The notes under the pieces were generated by a model. It had not been told where the DNA came from and ran no database searches. It saw only the letters and a program-made list of their open reading frames with translations. A DNA stretch of 36,717 nt from a virus (taxonomy: Duplodnaviria; Caudoviricetes): IMG/VR virus record IMGVR_UViG_3300037264_000725, positions 1 through 36,717 of that record. One strand, given 5' to 3'. Positions 19,439 to 27,200 of this stretch are shown one piece after another. A program made the translations under genes and the position numbers. Position 1 is the first letter of the stretch. Each line of letters starts with the position of its first letter.

Positions 19439-19566
19439 AGAACAACCACGTTTCCGGTGAGAGGAATGTCGATGGACCCGGTAAGTTCTATCTCGGGGTC
19501 ATCCACAAGCATCGTTGCACCGTCAGGCACAACGAACTCGTCGTCGATCCCCTGTTGGATCGACAT
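19435..19566 (-). CDS. Small acidic protein, 43 aa (MSIQQGIDDEFVVPDG...)
   Basis: ATG at 19566 with GAGG RBS. Stop overlaps the next ATG (ATGA). Confidence 0.55.
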   Translation of the reverse strand: MSIQQGIDDEFVVPDGATMLVDDPEIELTGSIDIPLTGNVVVL

Positions 19567-19597
19567 GGCATCCTCGATGCGGATACCTGGCTGCCGG

Positions 19598-20161
19598 TCA
19601 GGTGTGCGCGGCACCGTTGGCTCCCTTGCGGTGTTTCCCCTTTGGGGCCGCCTTGGGGGCCGTGGGGGCTTTCGCCGCCTGTGCAACCGCGCGCCGCTGC
19701 GCAATGTCCTCGGCCGGAGTCATGGCCGGGCGTCCATCCGGCTCGGCCTGGCCCGCTTCGGCCTGCTTCTGGAACTCCGTCAGCGCCACCTGTTCGGCGT
19801 CGAACGCCTTCTTGGTGACTGCGACCACGTCACGCAGTTGTGCCGCCCGGCCCTCAGACACGATCTTCTCGCGCTCGGCGTTCATCTGCATGTTCTCCAG
19901 GGCGAACTGGGCACGCTCCAGTTGCTTGAACACGTAGGCTTTGACCTCCGCGGCCCCCATGCTGGCGAACTTCCCCTCCAGCAGGTCCGCAGCCACCACG
20001 GCCTGGATCGGAGCGAACACCTTCTCCCGCGCCTGGCGCAAGACCATGATGGCCCCAGCCATCTCATGCTGGACGCGCTCTTGGCCTTCCAGCCAGTCGT
20101 CCCACTGGTTCCCCTGAGAAGCCAGCAGGGACAGTTTGATCTTCGCCTTGTCCGGGTTCAT
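19598..20161 (-). CDS. Coiled-coil hypothetical protein, 187 aa
   Basis: Ala/Glu/Gln-rich helical ORF with consistent codon usage. Confidence 0.7.
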   Translation of the reverse strand: MNPDKAKIKLSLLASQGNQWDDWLEGQERVQHEMAGAIMVLRQAREKVFAPIQAVVAADLLEGKFASMGAAEVKAYVFKQLERAQFALENMQMNAEREKIVSEGRAAQLRDVVAVTKKAFDAEQVALTEFQKQAEAGQAEPDGRPAMTPAEDIAQRRAVAQAAKAPTAPKAAPKGKHRKGANGAAHT

Positions 20162-20173
20162 GCCCCCAACCTA

Positions 20174-21754
20174 CTACGTCTCACCCCACACGATCATGGT
20201 GATCACGTCCTTGTTGGCCCCCGTCCCCTTCAGCTGGAACTCGAACTTCAGGTCGCCGTCGGCTGGGGTCGTGCCCGGGTACACGTCGTTGTTGGCCGAC
20301 GCATCGGCCCCGTTGCGCATCAGCACCCCATTCAGGAACACATCCACATCGTTCACGAATGACGCCACGAACGAGTAATCGGGCAGCGCCGCGTCGATGT
20401 TGGGCGAAGTGACACCCGACACGTTCACGTTGGCCGCGATGTTGGCCGGGGTCACCAGGGCAACACCCTTGGTCCGGTTCTCCTGCTTGCTCGCCTGCAC
20501 GATGGCACTCAGCAGGGAGACTTCCCCGAACTGGGTTTCGTAGGCCGACCATTCCGCCGAAGTGTCGGACAGCTTCAGCTGGCCACCGAACGTGGATCCG
20601 CTCTTGTTGGTGTCAACAAAGTCGAACTCCACGAACGCCTTCAGGGTCAGGTCGCCAGCCGTGGTCTCGACCGCGCCGTCCGTGACACCCACGTTGATGG
20701 GCCGGGTGCCGCCCGTGCGCGCCTTGACGCCCGCGCTGAAGTCGTTGATCACCGCATCGACGTTAAACACGTCCACATCCGGCCGGACCTGGACTTCGCT
20801 GGTCCCGCCCGTGCTGCCTTCCACGATGGTGAACAGGTCGGCGTTCACCAGGTCGCGGATCTTCCAGGCGATGCCCGCGCTGTTCAGGTCCAGGGTGGCG
20901 TTGGTCGTCAGTTCCACCGCCGTGATGCCCTGGTTGTCGTAGGCGGTCTGGCGGGTCGTGGTGGTCGTGCCGGGGCTGTCCAGCGCCGCACCCTTCAGGA
21001 AGTCCTGTTCGTTCAACCCCTCCAGGCGCACGCGCTCGCGCGTGGCGTAGTTGATGGTCTTGCCCGCGATGTCGGCCACCGGGCAGGCTTCCAGGTCGTC
21101 ACCCGCCGCCGTCAGGCGCACGAACGAAATCTGGGCCCGGTTGGGGGTCGTGCCGGTCAGGGTCTGACCATCGGTGGCCGTCTCCGTCTGGAACAGGGCG
21201 TAGACCTGGCGGCTGGACGACGTGATGGGATCCCGCGTGGCCCCGTCCACGATGTCCATCAGGTTCTTGGGGTTGATGGGGTTGGCGCCCGCCACCTCGT
21301 CCAGGCTGTGCGTGTCGAACGTGCCGGTGTTGAAAGCAGCCACCGTACCCAGCGTGGACACTGCCCCCACCGCGGCCGTCGTGTTGCTGGGCAGTTCCCC
21401 CAGGGCCAGCGCCTTCCAGTTCTGCCCACCCGGCACCGTGATGTCGACCAGGCTCACCACGTCCCGCAGGACGCGCTTCTTCTCGACCAGGTGCAGCCCG
21501 TTGTTCAGGGCGTCGATGCCGCGCTTCACGCCAGCTTCCAGCGTGACCGGCGCCGTCAAGTCGTCGTACCAGTTCTGACTCTGGTTCGCGATGCGGTGCA
21601 GGTTCAAGATCGACCGGATGTTGTTCAGGTCGTCCGACAGCAGAGCCGCGGCCGACTCCATCGCCACTGCTGGCGCTTGGTTGTCGTCGAACCCGACGAT
21701 GGTGTCCTGGGTCGACGAAATCTCGGCGTCTTGGCGGATGAATGTCCGGGGCAT
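20174..21754 (-). CDS. Putative virion structural protein, 526 aa
   Basis: Thr/Asn/Asp/Gly-rich and beta-rich, GAGGAG RBS. C-terminal DVFLNGVL...ND module. Confidence 0.7.
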   Translation of the reverse strand: MPRTFIRQDAEISSTQDTIVGFDDNQAPAVAMESAAALLSDDLNNIRSILNLHRIANQSQNWYDDLTAPVTLEAGVKRGIDALNNGLHLVEKKRVLRDVVSLVDITVPGGQNWKALALGELPSNTTAAVGAVSTLGTVAAFNTGTFDTHSLDEVAGANPINPKNLMDIVDGATRDPITSSSRQVYALFQTETATDGQTLTGTTPNRAQISFVRLTAAGDDLEACPVADIAGKTINYATRERVRLEGLNEQDFLKGAALDSPGTTTTTRQTAYDNQGITAVELTTNATLDLNSAGIAWKIRDLVNADLFTIVEGSTGGTSEVQVRPDVDVFNVDAVINDFSAGVKARTGGTRPINVGVTDGAVETTAGDLTLKAFVEFDFVDTNKSGSTFGGQLKLSDTSAEWSAYETQFGEVSLLSAIVQASKQENRTKGVALVTPANIAANVNVSGVTSPNIDAALPDYSFVASFVNDVDVFLNGVLMRNGADASANNDVYPGTTPADGDLKFEFQLKGTGANKDVITMIVWGET

Positions 21755-21766
21755 CGGGGCTCCTCT

Positions 21767-22060
21767 TTACGGGGCGAAAATGTAGTCAGCGGTCAGCGCA
21801 TCGACAGGAATCAGCGGGATGGCCAACGTCACCGTATCAAACCCAGCCCCTGGTCCGCCAGATTCGGACACCGTGTAGTCATTCGCCGCTCCCAGGGACA
21901 GCCGCTGGCCGTTCAGGTAGACGCGGATCACCAGGTTGCCCACCTGCCGAAACTTCTCTGGCGTCGTGAACACCAGGTTGACGCCGTTCTTGGGGCCGCC
22001 CAGCGCGATGTTCCATCGCTGGTCCGCCTGCGCGATTGCTCGTCTTCTCGCCGTGGCCAT
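21767..22060 (-). CDS. Small beta-sandwich virion protein, 97 aa
   Basis: NGVNLVFTTP...VYLNGQRL...NDYTV...ALTADY module typical of phage structural proteins. Confidence 0.7.
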   Translation of the reverse strand: MATARRRAIAQADQRWNIALGGPKNGVNLVFTTPEKFRQVGNLVIRVYLNGQRLSLGAANDYTVSESGGPGAGFDTVTLAIPLIPVDALTADYIFAP

Positions 22061-22078
22061 GCTCTGCCACTGGCCATC

Positions 22079-22372
22079 CTACCCCCGGCGTCGGAAGACC
22101 ACTGCCTCGAACGTCTGCGCCGCGGCCGACTTCGTGTAGAAGGCCGCAATCTCGGTCGGCCCTTCCCAGATCGCCCCTGCCGCCAGGGTGACCCCGATGT
22201 CCGCTGTGCTGTCGGCGTTGGTGAAGGACAGGACGATGGGGCCTGCACCCGTGTTCTTGAACCACAGGTGGTTGGCGATCCCGCCTTCCCACTGCCAGTT
22301 CTCGACCGTCGCAATCGCTGTCGTGCGATTGACGTGGGCCGGTATGCCACCGCGAATGTAGCCGAGGCTCAT
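22079..22372 (-). CDS. Hypothetical beta-rich protein, 97 aa
   Basis: GAGGA RBS, tight packing in the operon. Confidence 0.7.
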   Translation of the reverse strand: MSLGYIRGGIPAHVNRTTAIATVENWQWEGGIANHLWFKNTGAGPIVLSFTNADSTADIGVTLAAGAIWEGPTEIAAFYTKSAAAQTFEAVVFRRRG

Positions 22373-22381
22373 GGTCCTCGA

Positions 22382-22693
22382 TTACGAGACGCGGCGACTG
22401 GCGATCTGGCCGTGGACCATGATGTGCGCGACCTCGGCCGCCGCGCCGCCGATGATGTCGAAACCGGCCTCCGTGATCGTCGACTCGTCCACCCGCGTGG
22501 CAGCCACCGTCTCGCCGGTCAGCACCACCCGGTACAGCCGGTCCTTCATGTTCTCCAGGCCCGCGCCCAGGAACGTGAAGGCGTGCGTGGCGCCGCTCAG
22601 GGTCACTTTGGCGCTCTGCAGTTCCTCGCGGACCATGGCCGCGGGGGCCTTGCTGATTTCTTCGCCGGTTCGGTGTGTGTCTCTTGCGGTCAT
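22382..22693 (-). CDS. Hypothetical protein, 103 aa (possible head decoration)
   Basis: AAGGA RBS in an A-rich leader, high GC3, downstream of the capsid gene. Confidence 0.7.
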   Translation of the reverse strand: MTARDTHRTGEEISKAPAAMVREELQSAKVTLSGATHAFTFLGAGLENMKDRLYRVVLTGETVAATRVDESTITEAGFDIIGGAAAEVAHIMVHGQIASRRVS

Positions 22694-22726
22694 TTGGAAA
22701 AATCCTTGTTGTTGGTTTTCAGACCC

Positions 22727-23062
22727 CTACTTTTTGCTGCCGCGCTTTGCTTTGCCTTCAACCTGGGTCGGCTCCTCGGCCGTCATCGCCTGGGGAACCC
22801 CTTCCGACGATGCCAGTTCCGACAGTTCGGCCTGGGTACGAACCCGCCGTCCCCCTGCTGGGGCGGCCATGGGCGGGGCGACAGGCGCTTTGGGATGCTT
22901 CGCCCAATGTTCCGGGTCGCGCCACATGCCCCCCTGCAGCAACTTCGCGGCCTGTTCCACTGTGGCTTCGACACATCCTTGTGCGTCCAGTTCCAGTTTG
23001 GCGCCGTTGACCAGGACGATTTCGCCCGGTCCCCGTCGCGTTGCGTGCATCAGTTTCGGCAT
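22727..23062 (-). CDS. Hypothetical protein after the major capsid gene, 111 aa
   Basis: GAGG RBS. Small N-terminal domain plus low-complexity basic tail. Confidence 0.7.
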   Translation of the reverse strand: MPKLMHATRRGPGEIVLVNGAKLELDAQGCVEATVEQAAKLLQGGMWRDPEHWAKHPKAPVAPPMAAPAGGRRVRTQAELSELASSEGVPQAMTAEEPTQVEGKAKRGSKK

Positions 23063-23077
23063 GGCCTCACTGTATCG

Positions 23078-23123
23078 TGAGCCAGCCGGGGCGAGTCAAC
23101 CGTGAACTCGCCCCAGCCGCTCA
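23078..23123 (-). terminator. Stem-loop 3' of the major capsid gene (terminator, attenuator or mRNA-stabilising hairpin)
   Basis: GGGGCGAGT (23088-23096) pairs with ACTCGCCCC (23106-23114), with outer TGAGC/GCTCA arms. No U-tract. Confidence 0.5.
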
Positions 23124-23130
23124 GGCGCTA

Positions 23131-24567
23131 CTAGGCGCCGCCGCCGCCAACCGACGCCGTGGCGCGGCCGACGTTCTTGAGCAAGACAGCCTTGCCCGGC
23201 GCGTACACGGTTAACGCACCGTATAAAAGCTGCATCCAACGTATTGACGTGTCAATTGTTGCAAGTGGAATCTTAACAAACGGTGCTAACTGCTTGAAAG
23301 CAAAGAACTCGATGTTCTGCTGGATCAAGAACGCCGTCGACATCCCCGGCAGGTCCGAGTTGAAGTCGTTGATCGTGGTGGTCGCGCCGGTCCGGGCCGT
23401 CGTGAACATCAGCTTGGCCGTCCCCACCAAGCCGTTCTTGGCGGTGCGGTAGATTTCGTAGGCGGTGGCCAGGACGGCGCCGTCACCCAGGCCGAACGTG
23501 ACCTTGTCGCCCGCGGCCACCGTGACCGGGCCGCTGATGGTCAGCGGGGCCGACTTGCCGTAGCGGTTCACACCGACGGCCTTGTAGAAGTAGTCGCCCG
23601 CGTCGTTCGCGCCGAACTGCGACGCCGCGTCCACCGGGGTGGTGGGGGCCACCGCCTCGGTCGGGGTGCTCGGCCGCTTGGCCGCGTCCCCGACTGCCAC
23701 TGCGCTCGGGAGTCCACCGAACTCCACGAACACGTCCGGGTTGAACATGATCGGGCCGACCATGCTGTTGAACCCCTTGATCGACAGGCCGACCATGCCG
23801 TCGGTGAACCCGCCGACCGGGATCGGATACCGTTCCGCCGGGTAGAACGACTTCGCCAGGTCGCTGTACGCGCCGTCCGCGCAATACAGGTCGGTCGGAC
23901 GACCGAAGTTCGGCGTGGTCTTGACGGTCAAGGACGCATCGTTGACCACATCCTCCGACAGCGGGGCTCCCCGCAAGTCGATGATGTTGGCCGCCGGGGC
24001 GCCCGCGGTGATCAGCTTCTTCAAGCCGTCCCACTGGACCGGGATCAAGCTGCTGTCTCCGAAGAACAGCGCGCGCTCGATCTGCTTCAGCAGGTGGGCG
24101 GTGCCGTTCACGGTTTCCTGCGCGATCACAGGGCCGTGCGCGGGCTTCACCAGCGACATGACGTGGCTGACCGCCCGGGTCGTGCCCACGTACTTGATCA
24201 CCGTGAACTCACGGCTGTACTTGCTGTCGTCGGCCTCCGGCAAGTCACCTTCCCCAATGAACCCGGCGACATCGTTGCCACCGTATTCACGCAGGCGGTT
24301 GTACTCCTCGACCGTGTTGTAGGCCGGGAGCTTGGTCACGTTCTTCCACAGGCGCACGTCGTCCATCCGGTACGTGACCACCTTGAGGGTCCGTTCCAGG
24401 GACTCGATGCGCAGGGGGAAGCCCTGGCCAGACGTGACCGCGGGTGGATTTTGGTCCTGCCCTGCGGTGAGCGCCTTGCGCAAGTCGCTGACATCCTGTG
24501 GTGACGTGGCGCCGAAGCCATCCAGGCCCTCGTAGTCGCGCCAGCTGACGAATGCGTTATCTCCCAT
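23131..24567 (-). CDS. Major capsid protein precursor (SPO1/Twort-like), 478 aa
   Basis: DLRKALTAG propeptide junction, LRIESLERTLK, NTVEEYN, GEGDLPE, IERALFFGDS...WDGL, IIDLRG and C-terminal LLYGALTVYAP...LKNV. AGGAG RBS. Confidence 0.93.
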   Translation of the reverse strand: MGDNAFVSWRDYEGLDGFGATSPQDVSDLRKALTAGQDQNPPAVTSGQGFPLRIESLERTLKVVTYRMDDVRLWKNVTKLPAYNTVEEYNRLREYGGNDVAGFIGEGDLPEADDSKYSREFTVIKYVGTTRAVSHVMSLVKPAHGPVIAQETVNGTAHLLKQIERALFFGDSSLIPVQWDGLKKLITAGAPAANIIDLRGAPLSEDVVNDASLTVKTTPNFGRPTDLYCADGAYSDLAKSFYPAERYPIPVGGFTDGMVGLSIKGFNSMVGPIMFNPDVFVEFGGLPSAVAVGDAAKRPSTPTEAVAPTTPVDAASQFGANDAGDYFYKAVGVNRYGKSAPLTISGPVTVAAGDKVTFGLGDGAVLATAYEIYRTAKNGLVGTAKLMFTTARTGATTTINDFNSDLPGMSTAFLIQQNIEFFAFKQLAPFVKIPLATIDTSIRWMQLLYGALTVYAPGKAVLLKNVGRATASVGGGGA

Positions 24568-24627
24568 GGGTCGTTCTCCTGTTGCTGTTGTCTGTCTCGT
24601 TTACCTAACGGTCTCGGCGGGTTTCCC

Positions 24628-26091
24628 CTACGAGACAGCCACCCGTCCCGAACCTTTGGCGATGTGCGCCGCGATGTCATCGTAGAGCGACTTCGCGATC
24701 CCCCCGCCGTTTTCCAGCATGGCAATCGCCATGTCGATGCGATGGCCACGCGGCGTCACGTCCTTGCCGGACTTCGCCATGCTCTCCAGGCCGTCCATCA
24801 GCTGATTCCTGGTCAGCTGGTCGCTCTCGCCGCCGCCGACCTCACCGTCCAGCGACTTCTGAAGCGTGCGCACGTTGCTCGCGCCCTTGCGGGGCAGGGG
24901 AGTGGTCTCCACCCGCTCCAGCCGGTTGGTGAGCGCCTTGATCAAGGCGTCCTGGCTCTGCGCCAGTTGCGCCATGCCCTTCAGGCTCTTGGCCAGCTGG
25001 ACGTTGAACGATTGCGCGCGGTCGCGGTGAATCTCGATGCTCTTGGCGAGCCGGGTCTGGATCTGGTCCAGCGCCGCCGCCGACACCTGGCTGTGGCGCT
25101 CCAGGAAGTCGGACACCTCGTACCCCTTCTTCAACTCGGGGTCGTCCGCGAACTGCTCCTGGAACGATGCCTCCTCGGGCTCGTCCTCGACCTCGGCGCC
25201 GCCCTTGGCCAGCGGGTCGGCATCGACTGCCGCGCCGGTCAGGGCGTGCAATTCCTGCATCTCGGCCTTGGACAGCGTCCCCTCGGCCAGCTTCTCGGCC
25301 AGCGCCTCGCGCCGGTCGGCCGGGGCCGCCACCGAAGAACCCTCGGCAATCGCCTCCAGGGTATCCAGCGACTTGATCAACGCATCGGCGTCGATGGTCG
25401 GGACGCTCTTGCCGATGCCCACCATGCCGGGCTTGCGCTTGCGCGACATATCGTCGGCGTCCTGGTCCAGGTTGCTGCCCTCGCCCGTGCCGGGCGAACC
25501 ACCCGCACCCGACTGGTCGGGCACACCCACCTGGCCCGGCTTCCGCTTGCGGTGCTGCGGGTCTTCGTCGGCCGACGTATCCAGGTCGGTCGGCCCGCCA
25601 GCGCCGTCCGCCGCGCTGTCCTCGTCGGGCTCCGACGTGATGGCGCTGCCGGTGAGAGGCTTGCGCCCCTGGCGGCCGGGCTCGTTCGTGACATCGGCAC
25701 CCGTGTGGGCGGATTTCTCCACGTCCCCATCGTCGTCGCCTTCATCGCGCTCCTCGCCCTCGCCGTCCTCGAACCCCTTCTTGGCCTTCTTCATCTTGGC
25801 CTCGGCGGCCTCCTCCGCGGGGGTCTCCTTGCCCTCGAACGGGTTCGCCTTGCCCATGGACTTGGCCTTGGGGGGCTTGGTTGCCGTGCCGCCCATCGCC
25901 GGGGCGAACATGCCGTAGCCGCCCTTTTCGGCGTCCGCGTCGATCTGCTTGCCACCAGCCAGGGCGGCCATGCCGCCGTCGGCAGCCTTGCGCGATCCGG
26001 GCATGTCGCCCGCGGCGCCACCCTTCAGCATCAGGTCGGCCATGTCGGCCGCTTGGTCGTCCATGCTCTTTTGCACGCGCTTCTGTGACAT
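24628..26091 (-). CDS. Capsid scaffolding-like protein, 487 aa
   Basis: Between protease and capsid genes. Acidic disordered N-half, coiled-coil C-half and about 13 [LIVM]xK[AS] motifs. Confidence 0.7.
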   Translation of the reverse strand: MSQKRVQKSMDDQAADMADLMLKGGAAGDMPGSRKAADGGMAALAGGKQIDADAEKGGYGMFAPAMGGTATKPPKAKSMGKANPFEGKETPAEEAAEAKMKKAKKGFEDGEGEERDEGDDDGDVEKSAHTGADVTNEPGRQGRKPLTGSAITSEPDEDSAADGAGGPTDLDTSADEDPQHRKRKPGQVGVPDQSGAGGSPGTGEGSNLDQDADDMSRKRKPGMVGIGKSVPTIDADALIKSLDTLEAIAEGSSVAAPADRREALAEKLAEGTLSKAEMQELHALTGAAVDADPLAKGGAEVEDEPEEASFQEQFADDPELKKGYEVSDFLERHSQVSAAALDQIQTRLAKSIEIHRDRAQSFNVQLAKSLKGMAQLAQSQDALIKALTNRLERVETTPLPRKGASNVRTLQKSLDGEVGGGESDQLTRNQLMDGLESMAKSGKDVTPRGHRIDMAIAMLENGGGIAKSLYDDIAAHIAKGSGRVAVS

Positions 26092-26106
26092 CTGGGGCTC
26101 CTCCGC

Positions 26107-26880
26107 TCAGGTTGCGCCCTGCAAAGCGAACTGGAAGATCCGCTCCGCATAGGCATCCGTCATTCCTCGGTACTTCGACCGCAAAAACTCGACCGCTTCC
26201 GCCTTGGTCAGCCGCTTCCGCTTGGGCACGTCCTGGACCTTGGCGTCGTGCTCCAGCGACTGCACCCGCAGCGGGGCGCCGACCCCGAAGCCGGACGGTG
26301 TCTGCCCGGCCGTACCCTGGCCCGCCATCATGGCTCGCCGGAACCAGGCGTCGTCCAGGTTCTCCATCGCCTGGATCGACTTGGTGAGCACGTCCAGGCC
26401 GGTGTCGGTGTTGACCGGACAGTTCGTCACGGCCACGTTCCGTACCTTGGCCTCGGCAATGATGTTCTGGTTCGGGCCGGTGCGGCGGACCACGCTGCCC
26501 TCGATGCTAAACCCCAGGCGGCGTCCCGTCTTCTGGAGCGACCGTGCCAGATCCCAAATCTTGTCCGCGGGTGCGTACCCCGGCAGCAAGTACCCCTCGA
26601 CGAAATGGGCGGGGCGGCCGTCCTTCACGCCGCGCTCTACCCTGGTCGGGTACCCCACGATGCCCGTGGTCTCTTTCGAGTGGTTGTCGTTGAACCAGCC
26701 GTTCTTGGTGAACTCGCTGAAATCCAGGCCCCGCTGCAACACAACCTCGCCCTGGCGGTCGCGCGCCTCGGTCGAAATCACGCCGCCGATCCGGCGTTCC
26801 TTCCCCGGTTCGCCAGCCTTCTCCCATACCTCGATGGGTAGCTCGAACTTGAATGGGATTTCTGCGAGGGAGGTGTGCAT
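26107..26880 (-). CDS. Prohead maturation protease (HK97/herpes-like serine protease fold), about 257 aa
   Basis: IGGVISTEARDRQGEVV, WFNDNH, GFSIEG, VRNVAVTNCPVN. Start taken as ATG 26880. Confidence 0.88.
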   Translation of the reverse strand: MHTSLAEIPFKFELPIEVWEKAGEPGKERRIGGVISTEARDRQGEVVLQRGLDFSEFTKNGWFNDNHSKETTGIVGYPTRVERGVKDGRPAHFVEGYLLPGYAPADKIWDLARSLQKTGRRLGFSIEGSVVRRTGPNQNIIAEAKVRNVAVTNCPVNTDTGLDVLTKSIQAMENLDDAWFRRAMMAGQGTAGQTPSGFGVGAPLRVQSLEHDAKVQDVPKRKRLTKAEAVEFLRSKYRGMTDAYAERIFQFALQGAT

Positions 26881-26943
26881 GCGGTTCCGAACCGCGCCAC
26901 CTCTCAGCAAGGAAACCCTGCTAGGCCACTGCGCTACCCTGGC

Positions 26944-26973
26944 AAAGTAAGCGGGCAGTACCCTGCCTGTCAA
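26944..26973 (-). promoter_or_regulatory. Sigma70-like promoter for the protease-scaffold-capsid unit
   Basis: TTGACA (26973-26968), 18-bp spacer, TACTTT (26949-26944), with an A-tract upstream, in one of the few intergenic gaps. Confidence 0.6.
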
Positions 26974-26978
26974 ACTTT

Positions 26979-27200
26979 TTAGGAACGGACCACCAGCCGG
27001 GGGCCGGGTACTGCGTCCAGCGCCTTGGTCAGGGTATCGCCCAAATGCACGTCAATCGGCACGTCCGCGCCACATTTTCTGCAGACCACCTCCGTACCCC
27101 CAGGCCCGAACGCCACGATGGACGTGCGGATCTTGACCTTCCCATCCAGCGACTTGTGGATGATGCGGGCGTTGCACTTCGGACAGTTCAGCCCGCTCAC
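26979..27200 (-). CDS. Small Zn-ribbon protein, 73 aa
   Basis: CPKC...CRKC. GTG start overlaps the kinase stop. Confidence 0.7.
   Translation of the reverse strand: MSGLNCPKCNARIIHKSLDGKVKIRTSIVAFGPGGTEVVCRKCGADVPIDVHLGDTLTKALDAVPGPRLVVRS

Noticed and set aside
23212-23304. Group I intron or DGR variable region in the capsid gene
   Set aside because: The frame is uninterrupted, the signal is in synonymous positions, and no template repeat or reverse transcriptase is in the window.
26881-26973. TTG start at 26973 for the protease
   Set aside because: That TTG is the -35 box, has no RBS, and the extension looks non-coding.
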